Source: Neophaeotheca triangularis | Taxonomy: Eukaryota | Length of the DNA stretch: 33,385 nt | Assembly (NCBI GenBank): GCA_054600435.1 | Contig: BAAIJX010000013.1 | Coordinates: forward strand, 496,001 to 529,385 | Direction of reading: 5' to 3' | Shown here: positions 22,001-30,621 of the stretch, piece after piece | Layout of the letters: every line of letters begins with the position of its first letter | Numbering within the stretch: the first letter of the stretch is position 1 | The notes under the pieces: model-generated | Told to the model about the DNA's origin: nothing | Database searches by the model: none | The model's input: only the letters and a program-made list of their open reading frames with translations | Made by a program: the position numbers and the translations under genes

Positions 22001-23844
22001 AAGAGTGGTCAGAGGAAGAGTCGGACGACGAGCAAGAAGATGATGAAGATGGAGAAGAAGACGAAGGCGAGAGTGATGACGATGAGTCTCCAGGAGAGGA
22101 CGCCACCGAAACTCAGGACGCCACGAGATTGTCAGCATTTGAGGCTCGCATTACACCAGCATCACCGCACGCCACCCAGAAGCAAACAGACGACAGTACG
22201 ACGCCCCCTACGAACAAAAAGGACAGTTACACTCCGGCTGGACTGCCCAAGGGCCCTGTTTTTGCACCTCCGGCAAGGTCGAATCAAGATTCTCCTCGCT
22301 CTCCGTCACCGGTCCGTGCGGTTACTAGCCCAGTGGCTCGTCGGGCAGTCAGCCCAGCACAGAAACCGAAGCCCATGCCGCGAACATATGTGCAGCCCAC
22401 CGAACCAGTCGAGCGTGAAGCTCCTCCACCACCCCTTCCTCAGCCAACACAGAGTCAAATCGAGGATGAGGAAGACGACCGGATTCAAGATCTTTTGGCA
22501 ACTTCACCCGAGCCAACCACTGAAATGCCACCGTTCCTCGCTCATCAAGACTACAGTGGCGAAACAGACAAGTCTGGCTTAGGAGGCTCGATCGAGAAGG
22601 TGTATCGAGACGTCAATAGCATGATCGACACCCTCGGTCTGAATGCACGCAACCTTCGCGGCTTCATAGACGGGCAAATGAAGCTACAAACCCCAGGCAC
22701 TCGCAAGGAAGAAGATATCGAAGACGATTCAATCTGGACGCTATCCGAGCTACCCAGCCTAATGAGCATCCAAGACGCCATATCCGACCGCCTCGATGAA
22801 GGCCGGCTCGAAAATCCCAAGGCCCTAGTCTCCACCCTCCACGACGAAGCCAAGCAAACCACCCGCATCCAAACCCGCGCCAAAGACCTCAAAGACCACG
22901 TGCGCGCCCGCACAACCCCAGAAGTCCTCGCAGCCGCCCAGGAAGCCCCGCTCCCCCCGGACGCGCAAGCCCAACAACTCGACCTCCGCCGCAACCTGCG
23001 CGAAGTCCAAATCCTGCTCTCCCGCGCCGAAGAAGCCGTAAGCCTACTCCGCGCCGACCTCGCCTCCCACAACCCCATCAACACCTCCGCCGCCGCCAAA
23101 GCCACAGCCGTTCCCACGGTCGAAGCAGTCACCAACACCATCCTCAAAATGACTGAAATGGTGCAAGCAAAGAGTGCCGACGTCGATGTCCTGGAATCGC
23201 AAATCCGCCGCCTCACCCCGCAAGTCCAACGCTCCCTGCGCTCGCAACTGCAACAGCGCAAACAACGCCGCATCACCGGCTCTTTGGCCGACGACTACGA
23301 AGACGAGCTCACTAGCGCCATGAGCGGCACTAATCTTGCGGCTTCTCAGTCGCTCTCGCAGTCGCAATACCGCGCCAGCACCACCGCTACCGCTACCGCT
23401 TACCGCACCCCGCCCAGCCGCAAGTACAAACCCCACGTCCTCGACAACCCAGTGGGCATGGCCGGCATGTTCGGCCAACAACAATCAGTGCTGGGCGCTT
23501 CAACGCGCTCGACTCGTTTCCAAACGCCTCCGCAAAGCAGCCGCGGCAGCGTGGGACCTGCAGGCGGCGCTGCGGCTTTCTTCAGCCCCGGCGCCAGCGT
23601 TCTGCGGCAAAGTTACTACGGGGCGGGAGCCGCTGGGCGTACTCCGGGGAGTGTGAGGAAGAGGATGGGAGATGTAGGTGATGAGGAAGTGGCAGTTTTG
23701 CAGGGGAAACGAGAGAGGAGGAGGAAGGTCAGGAATGCTTTGAGAGGGGCTGTCGGGGCTGGAGATGGAGGTGAGGAGGGTGCTTTTGGGCAGGCGCTTG
23801 TGGGCGTCGATGGGGTGAGGATCAAGGAGGAGCCCAGTGATTGA
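19084..23844 (+). CDS. NUP159: Nucleoporin Nup159/Nup146/NUP214 (1586 aa)
   Basis: N-terminal beta-propeller-like region (LLSIASNKGLVAAAGPD, WSKLGKQIVAG), central SAFG/PAFG/FGKPS FG repeats, EDAPLPPDF repeats, acidic tract and C-terminal coiled-coil region (VYRDVNSMIDTLGLNARNL). Confidence 0.93.
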   Translation: MSWTFGGLPPGGGSANAKAIQGPDLEEIVTRKIGFLAIAGDTKLRLLPSGWTKDRPASPTASLLSIASNKGLVAAAGPDSLVVARTESVRQAFTTGQEADGVKTFTPEATISVPRVSHVAFSADESCLVIAAEEGGGLAVYDTNAILQGNKEPAFQVATHGVSVRHLVPNPSQDFFNYFAIVLSDGKLVLADLKERKLVDSSSGSPVFRENVSCACWSKLGKQIVAGQADGSAVQVDPTGNVKAEIPRVPQLPGNDSGFKALHLTSIYWLETFEFLMIYSPELPPPGEDMPPPEDSFYYLARREKATGACTYQQVPNPCLSAFAAPGETRPLGHQFIQRLKAWPPALDDTLILAHTGSTDIGLITKSKAPLQEDRPAEQVTNVYTTTGIDDETARRAGMPASVSGGMEDTIPVGVAMDLSSKEGGQPKPVPGDETIDASPIPLPALCVLNNEGIVSTWWLISTDGVKQKTMYPGLVVAQGQAPAQAPSPATSALGQNHSAFGSSMTPPQPQQSAFGQSSFGQSSTPAFGGASMMGNKQSAWGSSPAASAPAFGSSTPIGGGAAFGQAGGGAMGSNKASVWGGGGGAAATGGTAFGKPSTPFGSGSAMTGGSTFGKPSTPFGAAASGGGADEKPSGFASFASKGASGASSSPFAAAGASGENKSGFGGFGGGETKPAASPFGAVGGGEQKQSAFGALGGSNSSPFAAWAKDNPAQDKPAVSNENSFGSTATLGSNFSSFGKGSAFGKPSSFGTPSAESGSGTFGKPSFQTREETMDDDSTPKPEEQHKDLFGGFKLGSTFKGDGSAKDDLPKPKDPGAGMFGAGFDQALGETAKADEPATPVKAESGTNEPKLQEIPEASFTPQSPPKQAAPQPDDTPLPSDFTKTKAQVPEDAPLPPDFTQSKPKPAAEETPQLPPEDAPLPPDFTKSKPKEGSDLSEPPIAGSPPVDLGNERFSETAGSNGASDGPPDDGSEEWSEEESDDEQEDDEDGEEDEGESDDDESPGEDATETQDATRLSAFEARITPASPHATQKQTDDSTTPPTNKKDSYTPAGLPKGPVFAPPARSNQDSPRSPSPVRAVTSPVARRAVSPAQKPKPMPRTYVQPTEPVEREAPPPPLPQPTQSQIEDEEDDRIQDLLATSPEPTTEMPPFLAHQDYSGETDKSGLGGSIEKVYRDVNSMIDTLGLNARNLRGFIDGQMKLQTPGTRKEEDIEDDSIWTLSELPSLMSIQDAISDRLDEGRLENPKALVSTLHDEAKQTTRIQTRAKDLKDHVRARTTPEVLAAAQEAPLPPDAQAQQLDLRRNLREVQILLSRAEEAVSLLRADLASHNPINTSAAAKATAVPTVEAVTNTILKMTEMVQAKSADVDVLESQIRRLTPQVQRSLRSQLQQRKQRRITGSLADDYEDELTSAMSGTNLAASQSLSQSQYRASTTATATAYRTPPSRKYKPHVLDNPVGMAGMFGQQQSVLGASTRSTRFQTPPQSSRGSVGPAGGAAAFFSPGASVLRQSYYGAGAAGRTPGSVRKRMGDVGDEEVAVLQGKRERRRKVRNALRGAVGAGDGGEEGAFGQALVGVDGVRIKEEPSD

Positions 23845-24100
23845 ATTGGTGGTAGCTGGTGTGGATGAAGTGGGTTGAGTGAGGTCTTGTTCTTCGAGCG
23901 ATGTGTTTTCTTTGGAATGGACGGATGGGTGGGTAGGGGTTTTTGATGACAGGAAGGGATAAGGAGGGAAGTTGATACCGCTTGTTGAAATGTAAGATTT
24001 GGTTCTGGATACTGTTGCCGAGGTGATTGTATCAAGCCTTGTTGCTCTACCATTGTCTTATTTTCTCCTCTAGCTGACCTAGTAAGTGCTGGGTTAGTTT

Positions 24101-24990
24101 TGTGACGAACCACTGGGCGAGCGTATATATAGCACTCCTCGTTTTGTTCAGGCGAGCGGGCACCATGGGCTTGCTATACAAGCCGAGCAGACGAGCGAGC
24201 GAGCTGATGCCTGATCGTACGCTTGCTCGATTGTTTGTTGCTCGTTCGGTGCTCGTTCGGTGCTCGTTTTGCTCGGTCGTGCTCGCTTTCTGTTCGTTCA
24301 GCTCATCGCTCATTCGCTTTGATTGTATGCTCGTTACTCCTCGGAATTCATATGCAGAATTGTCGCTTTTGCACAACCTATTCTGATCGGATGCTACTGC
24401 TTGATGGAATGCTCGCTGCTCGACTCGTTCGTTGGCCGAGTGCCCGTTCATTGCTCAATGCTCGCTCGTTGCTCACTCGCGCTCGTTCTGCTGCTACTTG
24501 CTCGAATCTACGCTCGCTCGCTCGCTCGTTCTGGTCCCATGTTCTTTGCTCCTGACTCTTTCGGTTTGATCATTGATAATGTTCCATGATCGAGCGCTCG
24601 TTGCTCGACTCGATCGCTGCTCGCCAACCAAGTATGCTCGAGCCCGCTGGCTAGTGATCAATTGATCGATCGTTCTGCTTGATCGAGATTCGCTCGGCCG
24701 TTGCTCGTGGTTAACCAGCTCGTTGCTCGCCGAGCTCGTCTTGCTCGGTAGAGCTGATCAGAGTGCTCGCTGCTCGCTCATAGATTCTGCTCGTTGCTCG
24801 TTGCTCGCTTGATCAATCACTCACCAACTACGTTTACACTCTTTGCTTGGTGATTAGTCAAACTTCGTTGCTCAGACAGTCTTGATCATAGTGCGCAATG
24901 GCCGTGCTAGTCGATCGCAAACCCTGCCGGGCGAGGGGGAGACGTTACTCGTTGCTCGAGTCCACGCTCACTCGCTCGCGGAGTGCATCT
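24101..24990. repeat. Degenerate GCTCG/TGCTCGT/TGATC repeat array of unknown origin
   Basis: About 34 GCTCG on the plus strand between 24225 and 24978 by hand count, including (GCTC)4 at 24512-24527, an 11-mer TGCTCGTTCGG tandem at 24239-24268 and a 7-mer tandem at 24788-24807. Six CGAGC in opposite orientation at 24118-24204. About a dozen GATC sites. Confidence 0.85.
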
Positions 24991-25312
24991 CTCGCTTTAG
25001 CCTGATTGTAGACGGTACTGCCAAATGAGATGAGAGATTTGCATTGAGTGGCTCCGGCACGGTGAGTCGTGCTACATGCGTTGTGGTTTGGCGATACACT
25101 GGGAAGTATAGAATTGTTATATGGAATCAATCAGATATCTATGCCTTCACGCCCCCAGAGCCTTCAAAAAGGCCAAAAGCATCAAGAGCAAGCATTAGCG
25201 AATCCATCATGGTATCATAAGCCCCGCTGAGCACGAGGCTCGGGAAAAAAAAGGAAAGCCCAAGCACAGTCCCAACGGCCCATCCCAGATCACTCCGCCG
25301 ACCCAGTCAAAC

Positions 25313-28300
25313 TCAAGTCGGCATCATGCCAATGCCGCCTCTGGCAAACCCGCCAGCCCCAGCACCCGCCGACCGTCTCCCAGGCCCCTTCTTACGTGCT
25401 CCGCCCCTCGCGCCTCCACCCGCAGCCGTCGCTTTTTTGGCAAAAAACTTCCTCCGACCGGCAGCAGCGTCCTTGTTCCCCTCACTCCGCTTCCTCGGAG
25501 TCTTGGCCTTGGCAGCAGCCGGTTGCGTCTCCGCCTGCGAGCGCCCATGTTGCGTCGAGTAAGCGAAACTCTGCATCAGCGCTGCGCCGCTGGTGGCGGG
25601 GGCGGTATTTTGTTGCTGCCGCTGTGGAGGGCGGCTGAAGTAGGTGCTCGGCTCGCCGTCGTCGTCGTCGGTAGGGAAGTCGGACGGCGAGAAGCCGTAT
25701 TCGTCGTCGTCGTCTTCGCTGACGAGGTCGATGATGTTTCTAGAGTGCGCGTTGTCGTTCTGGGCGTAGTCACCTTCTTCGTCGACTGCTGCGCCTGCTT
25801 CTGTGGCGGTCTCTGGAACCATCATGTCTTGGTATCGGCGATGGAAGTCTTTGACGAGCTTACAAAATTGTTTGCCGTACAGGCGCACTTTTTCGGGATC
25901 CGCGCCGTGGACCTTTTTCAATATTTGTTGCTCATCTTCAGTCCAGTGGATGGCCATGGCGCGGAGCATCGTGTCAGTGAACGGGGCGTTGCGGAGACCG
26001 TGGTTCAACAAGAGTCTTTGGCAGAGTGCTTTGGCAGAGCTTACGAAGTTCTCAACAATATCGCGATGAACATCTTCCAGGCTGTCCATGGTTGCATCTG
26101 TGACGATAGGCGGTCCAACCGGTTTTCGCCTAGGCTGCTGCCTCGGAGCCGCACCAGCGACGCGAACAGGTGCGAAACCACCGCTGCCATCACTATCGTC
26201 TTGCTGGAAATCATCATCGTGTACGTCGTTGTCGACGACAAAGGAGTCTCTCTCGTAACCATTTGAATGAAACTCGCCGCGGGTGTTTGGAGCTCTTGCC
26301 TTGCGCTTGGAAGCGCCCTGGATCGGCGAAGAGACATTGGTGGAAAATGGCAGCTCGGGTGGCGCCATGGAGCCGGGAGCCTTCTTCGCACGCTTCGTCT
26401 TCTCCGGGGCAGCATCCTTGGACTTCCTTTTGGCAGGCAACTTGGACGCAGCTTTTGGGGTCTTGTCCACTCGGACCTGCAGATACAGAGGCCGCCTTCC
26501 ATTGCGGAATTCTTGGAAGTGCTCGCTGGATACGGCGTATGCAATAGCGAAGCCGCTCCTCCTGTTCAAAACATTGTCTTCACGAATGGCATTCTCGCTC
26601 AGCAAGGCGTAGAAAAGGCGTTCGACATCCGATCCGTCCAAGTCGCGGCCAGCACCGTAACCAGGGAGCTTGTCATGTCCGAGGTCTTTGATCTTCTTAC
26701 TGCCTGATCCACGAAAGACGTCGATGCAGTGCAGAATCGTGACTTTATCGTTCTCAACGCTCTTCACCAAAGCCGCAGCTTGCTTTGCATACTTTGTAAA
26801 GTCTTGATTCTCAAACGTCGAAGTCGAAGTGCAATTGTCGCATTGTCCACCACAATCCTCTTTCCGGAATGGCTCGTTGAAGTACGCAAGGACCTGCACA
26901 CGACGACAGTCCGTCTTGTTCTCGCAGTACTGCACCATCTTCTTGAGCATTTGTCGCTGACGGTCCTTTTGCGCAGTACTGCCTTCGCCATCATCGATGA
27001 ATTTCCGCAGCTTGCCTGCGTCGCGGTACCCGTAAAATAAGTAGCAGCCGGAATCTTCTCCATCACGGCCGGCTCTTCCAGTTTCTTGGTAGTAACCCTC
27101 CAAGCTCTTCGGAATGCTGTGATGAATGACAAACCGCACGTTGCCCTTGTCGATACCCATACCAAAAGCAATGGTGGCAACGATGACATGATAGTTGCCG
27201 GCCTGCCACTGCTGCTGTACCTCTCTCTTCTCATCTGGCTCCATACCAGCATGGAAGTGGTGCGCCTTGATTCGATACTGATCGCATAGATCCTTCGCCA
27301 TCTTCTCGCAGTCCTTTCGGGAGAAGCAGTAGATGATGCCCGTCTGTTTGCGGTAGTTGTCTTTGATCAGGCTCGCAATGCTTTCCAAATCTTCTTTCGC
27401 CTTGCCTTTTGACCGCACCTCGTAGTACAGATTCTCGCGATTGAAGCTCTGAGTAAAAACTTCACATCCATTGATGCCAAGGTTATGGATGACATCCATC
27501 TTGACATTCTCGGTGGCGGTAGCCGTCAAAGCCATGACAGGTACGCGCGGATACTTTCTGCGCACGTCGCCCAGTTGCTTGTAGTCCGGTCTGAAGTCGT
27601 GGCCCCACTGGCTAACGCAGTGTGCCTCGTCTATGACCAAGCGAGCGAGTTGGCCTTTGTTGTACAAGTTGTCGAACACACTAATAATGCGCTGACTCTT
27701 GCTCAGCATTTCCGGCGTCACGTAAAGCAGTTGAATGAGGTCTTGGGCGTTACGCTCGTTCATTCTGTCGAAGATCTCGTATTTCTCCTCGACAGTAGTC
27801 GCACTGTTGAGAAGGAAAGCATCGATCTTGAGCTTCCGCAGATGATTGACCTGGTCCTCCATCAGACTGAGCAGGGGAGAGACAACAATGGTGACGCCGC
27901 GAGTCTTGCCGGATGAGATGAGTGAAGGCAGTTGGTAGCAAAAAGACTTTCCACCGCCAGTGGGCATCAACACGAAAGCGTCCCTCCGATCAAGCGTGGC
28001 ATTGATCGCTTGTACCTGATTTTTCCTGAAGCCTTTGAACTTGAACCTCGTCCGCGCGATAGTCTTGACATCGTCTGACCATGGATGGCTGAACAGCAAC
28101 TCCGTTTCGCGATCATCGTCCATTGGTTTGCTAGGGCCCTTTTTTGACTTTGATGCGCTAGGTCGGCTGTTCATGTTCTGCCCGTTGCCTGAGGTCTCAG
28201 CAAAAGCGGGACGGCCAGGTATCTCGGAATATGGCTGCTCGCGTGATCCGTGATTTTCCACGTTCTCCGCGAAGTCCAGCATGTCCTGGTCGTCGTCAAG

Positions 28301-30211
28301 CCCAAAATCATCAGGCTCTTCCTCAAAGGGTGGAGGAGGCGTGCCCATTCGATTACTGAAGAGTTCGCTTGGCCGGTTCACGTCCTCTTCTTCGATGGGC
28401 TGGAAGTCGTCGTCATCGTTGTATGATCGTGCAGAGGCTTTGGCGGCAGACTGTTGCTGTAGTGCAGGATTTTTCTGCCGCCTAGGCGAAAAGTACGTTT
28501 CGTGATGGTCCATTGCACTTGCACCATTTCTCGAAGATGGGTTCTCGTGGGCGGCAAAATCGGGCTCGTTGTTGCAAACCTGAGTCTGCATGACTCTGCT
28601 GGAACTCGAAAATGAAGGGCCGGCCGGCTTCATTACCGCTGGGGGTAAAGCTTGCGTCGACTGGACAGCAACAACTCTACCGTCGCCGGGCCGCTCAGCT
28701 CTCTCTGCATCCAGCAATAAAGAAGCCAGATCTGACTGACACGGTCTGATGGCTTCGAGACACTCGCGCTCTACCTGTAGAACTTTTGACTTGGAACTCT
28801 CGAACACTGCCTTTGCTTCGACCTTGCCAACGCCAGATTTGAAAGCGTCTTTCATGGCAACGCGCTTCTGATTCTTTTCTTGCGTAGCATCTTGTAGACT
28901 GCGCTTCTTACACAGAAGCTCTCGCACAGAAGCCAGTCGGAGACGTAGGTCATCGCACTCCTTCTCCAGTTCTTCCGCTTCCCCGCACTCGTCCATCATC
29001 TCGCATGCAGCATCACTGACGGTGTCGGCTTTTGCTTGCAACATTTCTTCAACATGATGCATGGCCTTCTCCGAGCATTCAAAGAATGCTTTGAGTATAG
29101 CAGCATCTTCAGGGCTGTATACTGGGGCTCGAGGAGTTTGTGACACTGAGGAGATCGCAGGAGGCGTTAATTCTCCAGGCTTCGGGCCCGGCGTCTCAGT
29201 GGCCCGGCTGTTCAGCGCGCCAATTCTTGGGTGGGTGACGGTTGCGGGAACCCCTGGTGAGTTCGGCAGCGTGCTCGATGACTTTTGCTTAAGAGGCGAA
29301 GCGTTCACTACTGCGGGTTGAGGTTCAGGTGTTCTGGTCTTCTTCTGAGGCTGTGGTGTCACCTTCTTTGAGCTGTTGGGACGGTGCCGGTTTTCAGCGA
29401 AATTGACAATCATATCATCGTCGTCTTCGTCCGAATCAGGCAGCACCCTCCTGCCCTCTCCAGCCAAAGTTCCATTCGATGCCCCAGCAAGAGGTCGTGG
29501 AGACGTCGTCGCATTTCTTAAGGCGAGTGCAGGCTTCGGTGCTACGGTCGAATACGGAGGCGGGGGTTCTTGGGGCTCCGAAACAAGCTCATCAATCGCA
29601 GCGAAGCCTCTAGAAGCTCCGGCCGGTTGTTGTCGTCGTGGTGAAGTCCTGCTTTCTGGACGTGCAGTGCCCATGTCTGCCTCAAACTCCTCGCTCTTTC
29701 TCTTTCTCCCAGCTCGGGGTGCGGAAAGTTCCTCCCGCATCCCACAATTGTCCGTCAGGTCCATGATTTCCACGTCGGTAGGTAAGGGAACATGTTGCCG
29801 CGCATTTGTTGTATTCTGGCGTGAGAACAACGGCTTGGCTGGAGGTACGGCTTCGCGAAACGTAGGCTCCGTATACGATCTCGAGCCCACGGTTGGTGTC
29901 CGCTCGGGTGCCTGAGAAGCGGTCGAAACTAGTTGCGATCTATTCGCCGAGCCCGTCCCAACTCGTAACCGCGCCATGTCGCTGTCTGCACGCGTCTCAC
30001 CCAATTGGTTTGGAGGCTCAGTGTGAGGCTGCGGTATTGCTGATGATATTGTCGGCGGCGGCGCTGAAAGTTCCGGCGCGTGTTGGAGCTCTCCGCTTCC
30101 AATTGAAGCAAAGGATGTCGTTACTGGAGGCAAATCGCTCGTTTGGGGTGGAACTGAAGGCTTCGCGTGTAGCAACCAGCGTAGGTGCTCGTCCAGGTTG
30201 TGGCGTGTCAT
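25313..30211 (-). CDS. SGS1: RecQ-family DNA helicase Sgs1/MusN/QDE-3/BLM-like (1632 aa)
   Basis: N-terminal MTRHNLDEHLRWLL; helicase motifs MPTGGGKSFCYQLP, VIDEAHCVSQWGHDFRPDY, ALTATA, ATIAFGMGIDK, YYQETGRAGRDG; RQC zinc ligands (CRR..CGGQCDNC); HRDC-like C-terminal region. Confidence 0.96.
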   Translation of the reverse strand: MTRHNLDEHLRWLLHAKPSVPPQTSDLPPVTTSFASIGSGELQHAPELSAPPPTISSAIPQPHTEPPNQLGETRADSDMARLRVGTGSANRSQLVSTASQAPERTPTVGSRSYTEPTFREAVPPAKPLFSRQNTTNARQHVPLPTDVEIMDLTDNCGMREELSAPRAGRKRKSEEFEADMGTARPESRTSPRRQQPAGASRGFAAIDELVSEPQEPPPPYSTVAPKPALALRNATTSPRPLAGASNGTLAGEGRRVLPDSDEDDDDMIVNFAENRHRPNSSKKVTPQPQKKTRTPEPQPAVVNASPLKQKSSSTLPNSPGVPATVTHPRIGALNSRATETPGPKPGELTPPAISSVSQTPRAPVYSPEDAAILKAFFECSEKAMHHVEEMLQAKADTVSDAACEMMDECGEAEELEKECDDLRLRLASVRELLCKKRSLQDATQEKNQKRVAMKDAFKSGVGKVEAKAVFESSKSKVLQVERECLEAIRPCQSDLASLLLDAERAERPGDGRVVAVQSTQALPPAVMKPAGPSFSSSSRVMQTQVCNNEPDFAAHENPSSRNGASAMDHHETYFSPRRQKNPALQQQSAAKASARSYNDDDDFQPIEEEDVNRPSELFSNRMGTPPPPFEEEPDDFGLDDDQDMLDFAENVENHGSREQPYSEIPGRPAFAETSGNGQNMNSRPSASKSKKGPSKPMDDDRETELLFSHPWSDDVKTIARTRFKFKGFRKNQVQAINATLDRRDAFVLMPTGGGKSFCYQLPSLISSGKTRGVTIVVSPLLSLMEDQVNHLRKLKIDAFLLNSATTVEEKYEIFDRMNERNAQDLIQLLYVTPEMLSKSQRIISVFDNLYNKGQLARLVIDEAHCVSQWGHDFRPDYKQLGDVRRKYPRVPVMALTATATENVKMDVIHNLGINGCEVFTQSFNRENLYYEVRSKGKAKEDLESIASLIKDNYRKQTGIIYCFSRKDCEKMAKDLCDQYRIKAHHFHAGMEPDEKREVQQQWQAGNYHVIVATIAFGMGIDKGNVRFVIHHSIPKSLEGYYQETGRAGRDGEDSGCYLFYGYRDAGKLRKFIDDGEGSTAQKDRQRQMLKKMVQYCENKTDCRRVQVLAYFNEPFRKEDCGGQCDNCTSTSTFENQDFTKYAKQAAALVKSVENDKVTILHCIDVFRGSGSKKIKDLGHDKLPGYGAGRDLDGSDVERLFYALLSENAIREDNVLNRRSGFAIAYAVSSEHFQEFRNGRRPLYLQVRVDKTPKAASKLPAKRKSKDAAPEKTKRAKKAPGSMAPPELPFSTNVSSPIQGASKRKARAPNTRGEFHSNGYERDSFVVDNDVHDDDFQQDDSDGSGGFAPVRVAGAAPRQQPRRKPVGPPIVTDATMDSLEDVHRDIVENFVSSAKALCQRLLLNHGLRNAPFTDTMLRAMAIHWTEDEQQILKKVHGADPEKVRLYGKQFCKLVKDFHRRYQDMMVPETATEAGAAVDEEGDYAQNDNAHSRNIIDLVSEDDDDEYGFSPSDFPTDDDDGEPSTYFSRPPQRQQQNTAPATSGAALMQSFAYSTQHGRSQAETQPAAAKAKTPRKRSEGNKDAAAGRRKFFAKKATAAGGGARGGARKKGPGRRSAGAGAGGFARGGIGMMPT

Positions 30212-30621
30212 CAGCGGCGAGCATTGCTGGGAAGGTGTATTGCTGTCATGTCGCTATCGCATCTTTTCCCCGTAATCGTCGCTCTATCAAATATATCGTC
30301 GGCAATGTTTGAAGAGCTGATGTTGGCGCGAAGTCGCGCTACGGCGCGTCTGCACGTGACTCGACGACACGGGCAAAAGCCAAGCCCCGCCTCCTCCCCG
30401 GCTACACCTTCTACATTGAGCAGTATGTTGGCCAACATTGGTGTTGAACGAATATGACTGCATATATATAGAGAAGGAAAGACACGGACACGGACACAGT
30501 AGCACCGTCGGATAAGAGTCACACTGTTGAAACACAGGGCAGGTAGGAGTCTAGAGACCTCATCTCAAAAGTATCAAGGACAACACTTCACTCTCCCTCT
30601 CTTTCCACCCCCTCCACAACC
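30212..30621. promoter_or_regulatory. Compact bidirectional promoter SGS1/decarboxylase with clustered CGCG elements and an E-box
   Basis: 410 bp between divergent ATGs; GGCGCGAA 30325-30332, TCGCGC 30334-30339, GCGCGTC 30344-30350, GCACGTGAC 30352-30360; TATATATA near 30463-30470. Confidence 0.5.

Noticed and set aside
24096..24640. Formal solo-LTR call starting at TGTGACG with AGTTT as target-site duplication
   Set aside because: No inverted CGTCACA-like right end and no exact AGTTT copy; the nearest (AGTAT at 24631) lies inside the array.
24220..24990. CRISPR-like interpretation of repeats with variable spacers
   Set aside because: Units are 4-11 nt and irregularly spaced, there are no cas genes, and the context is eukaryotic.
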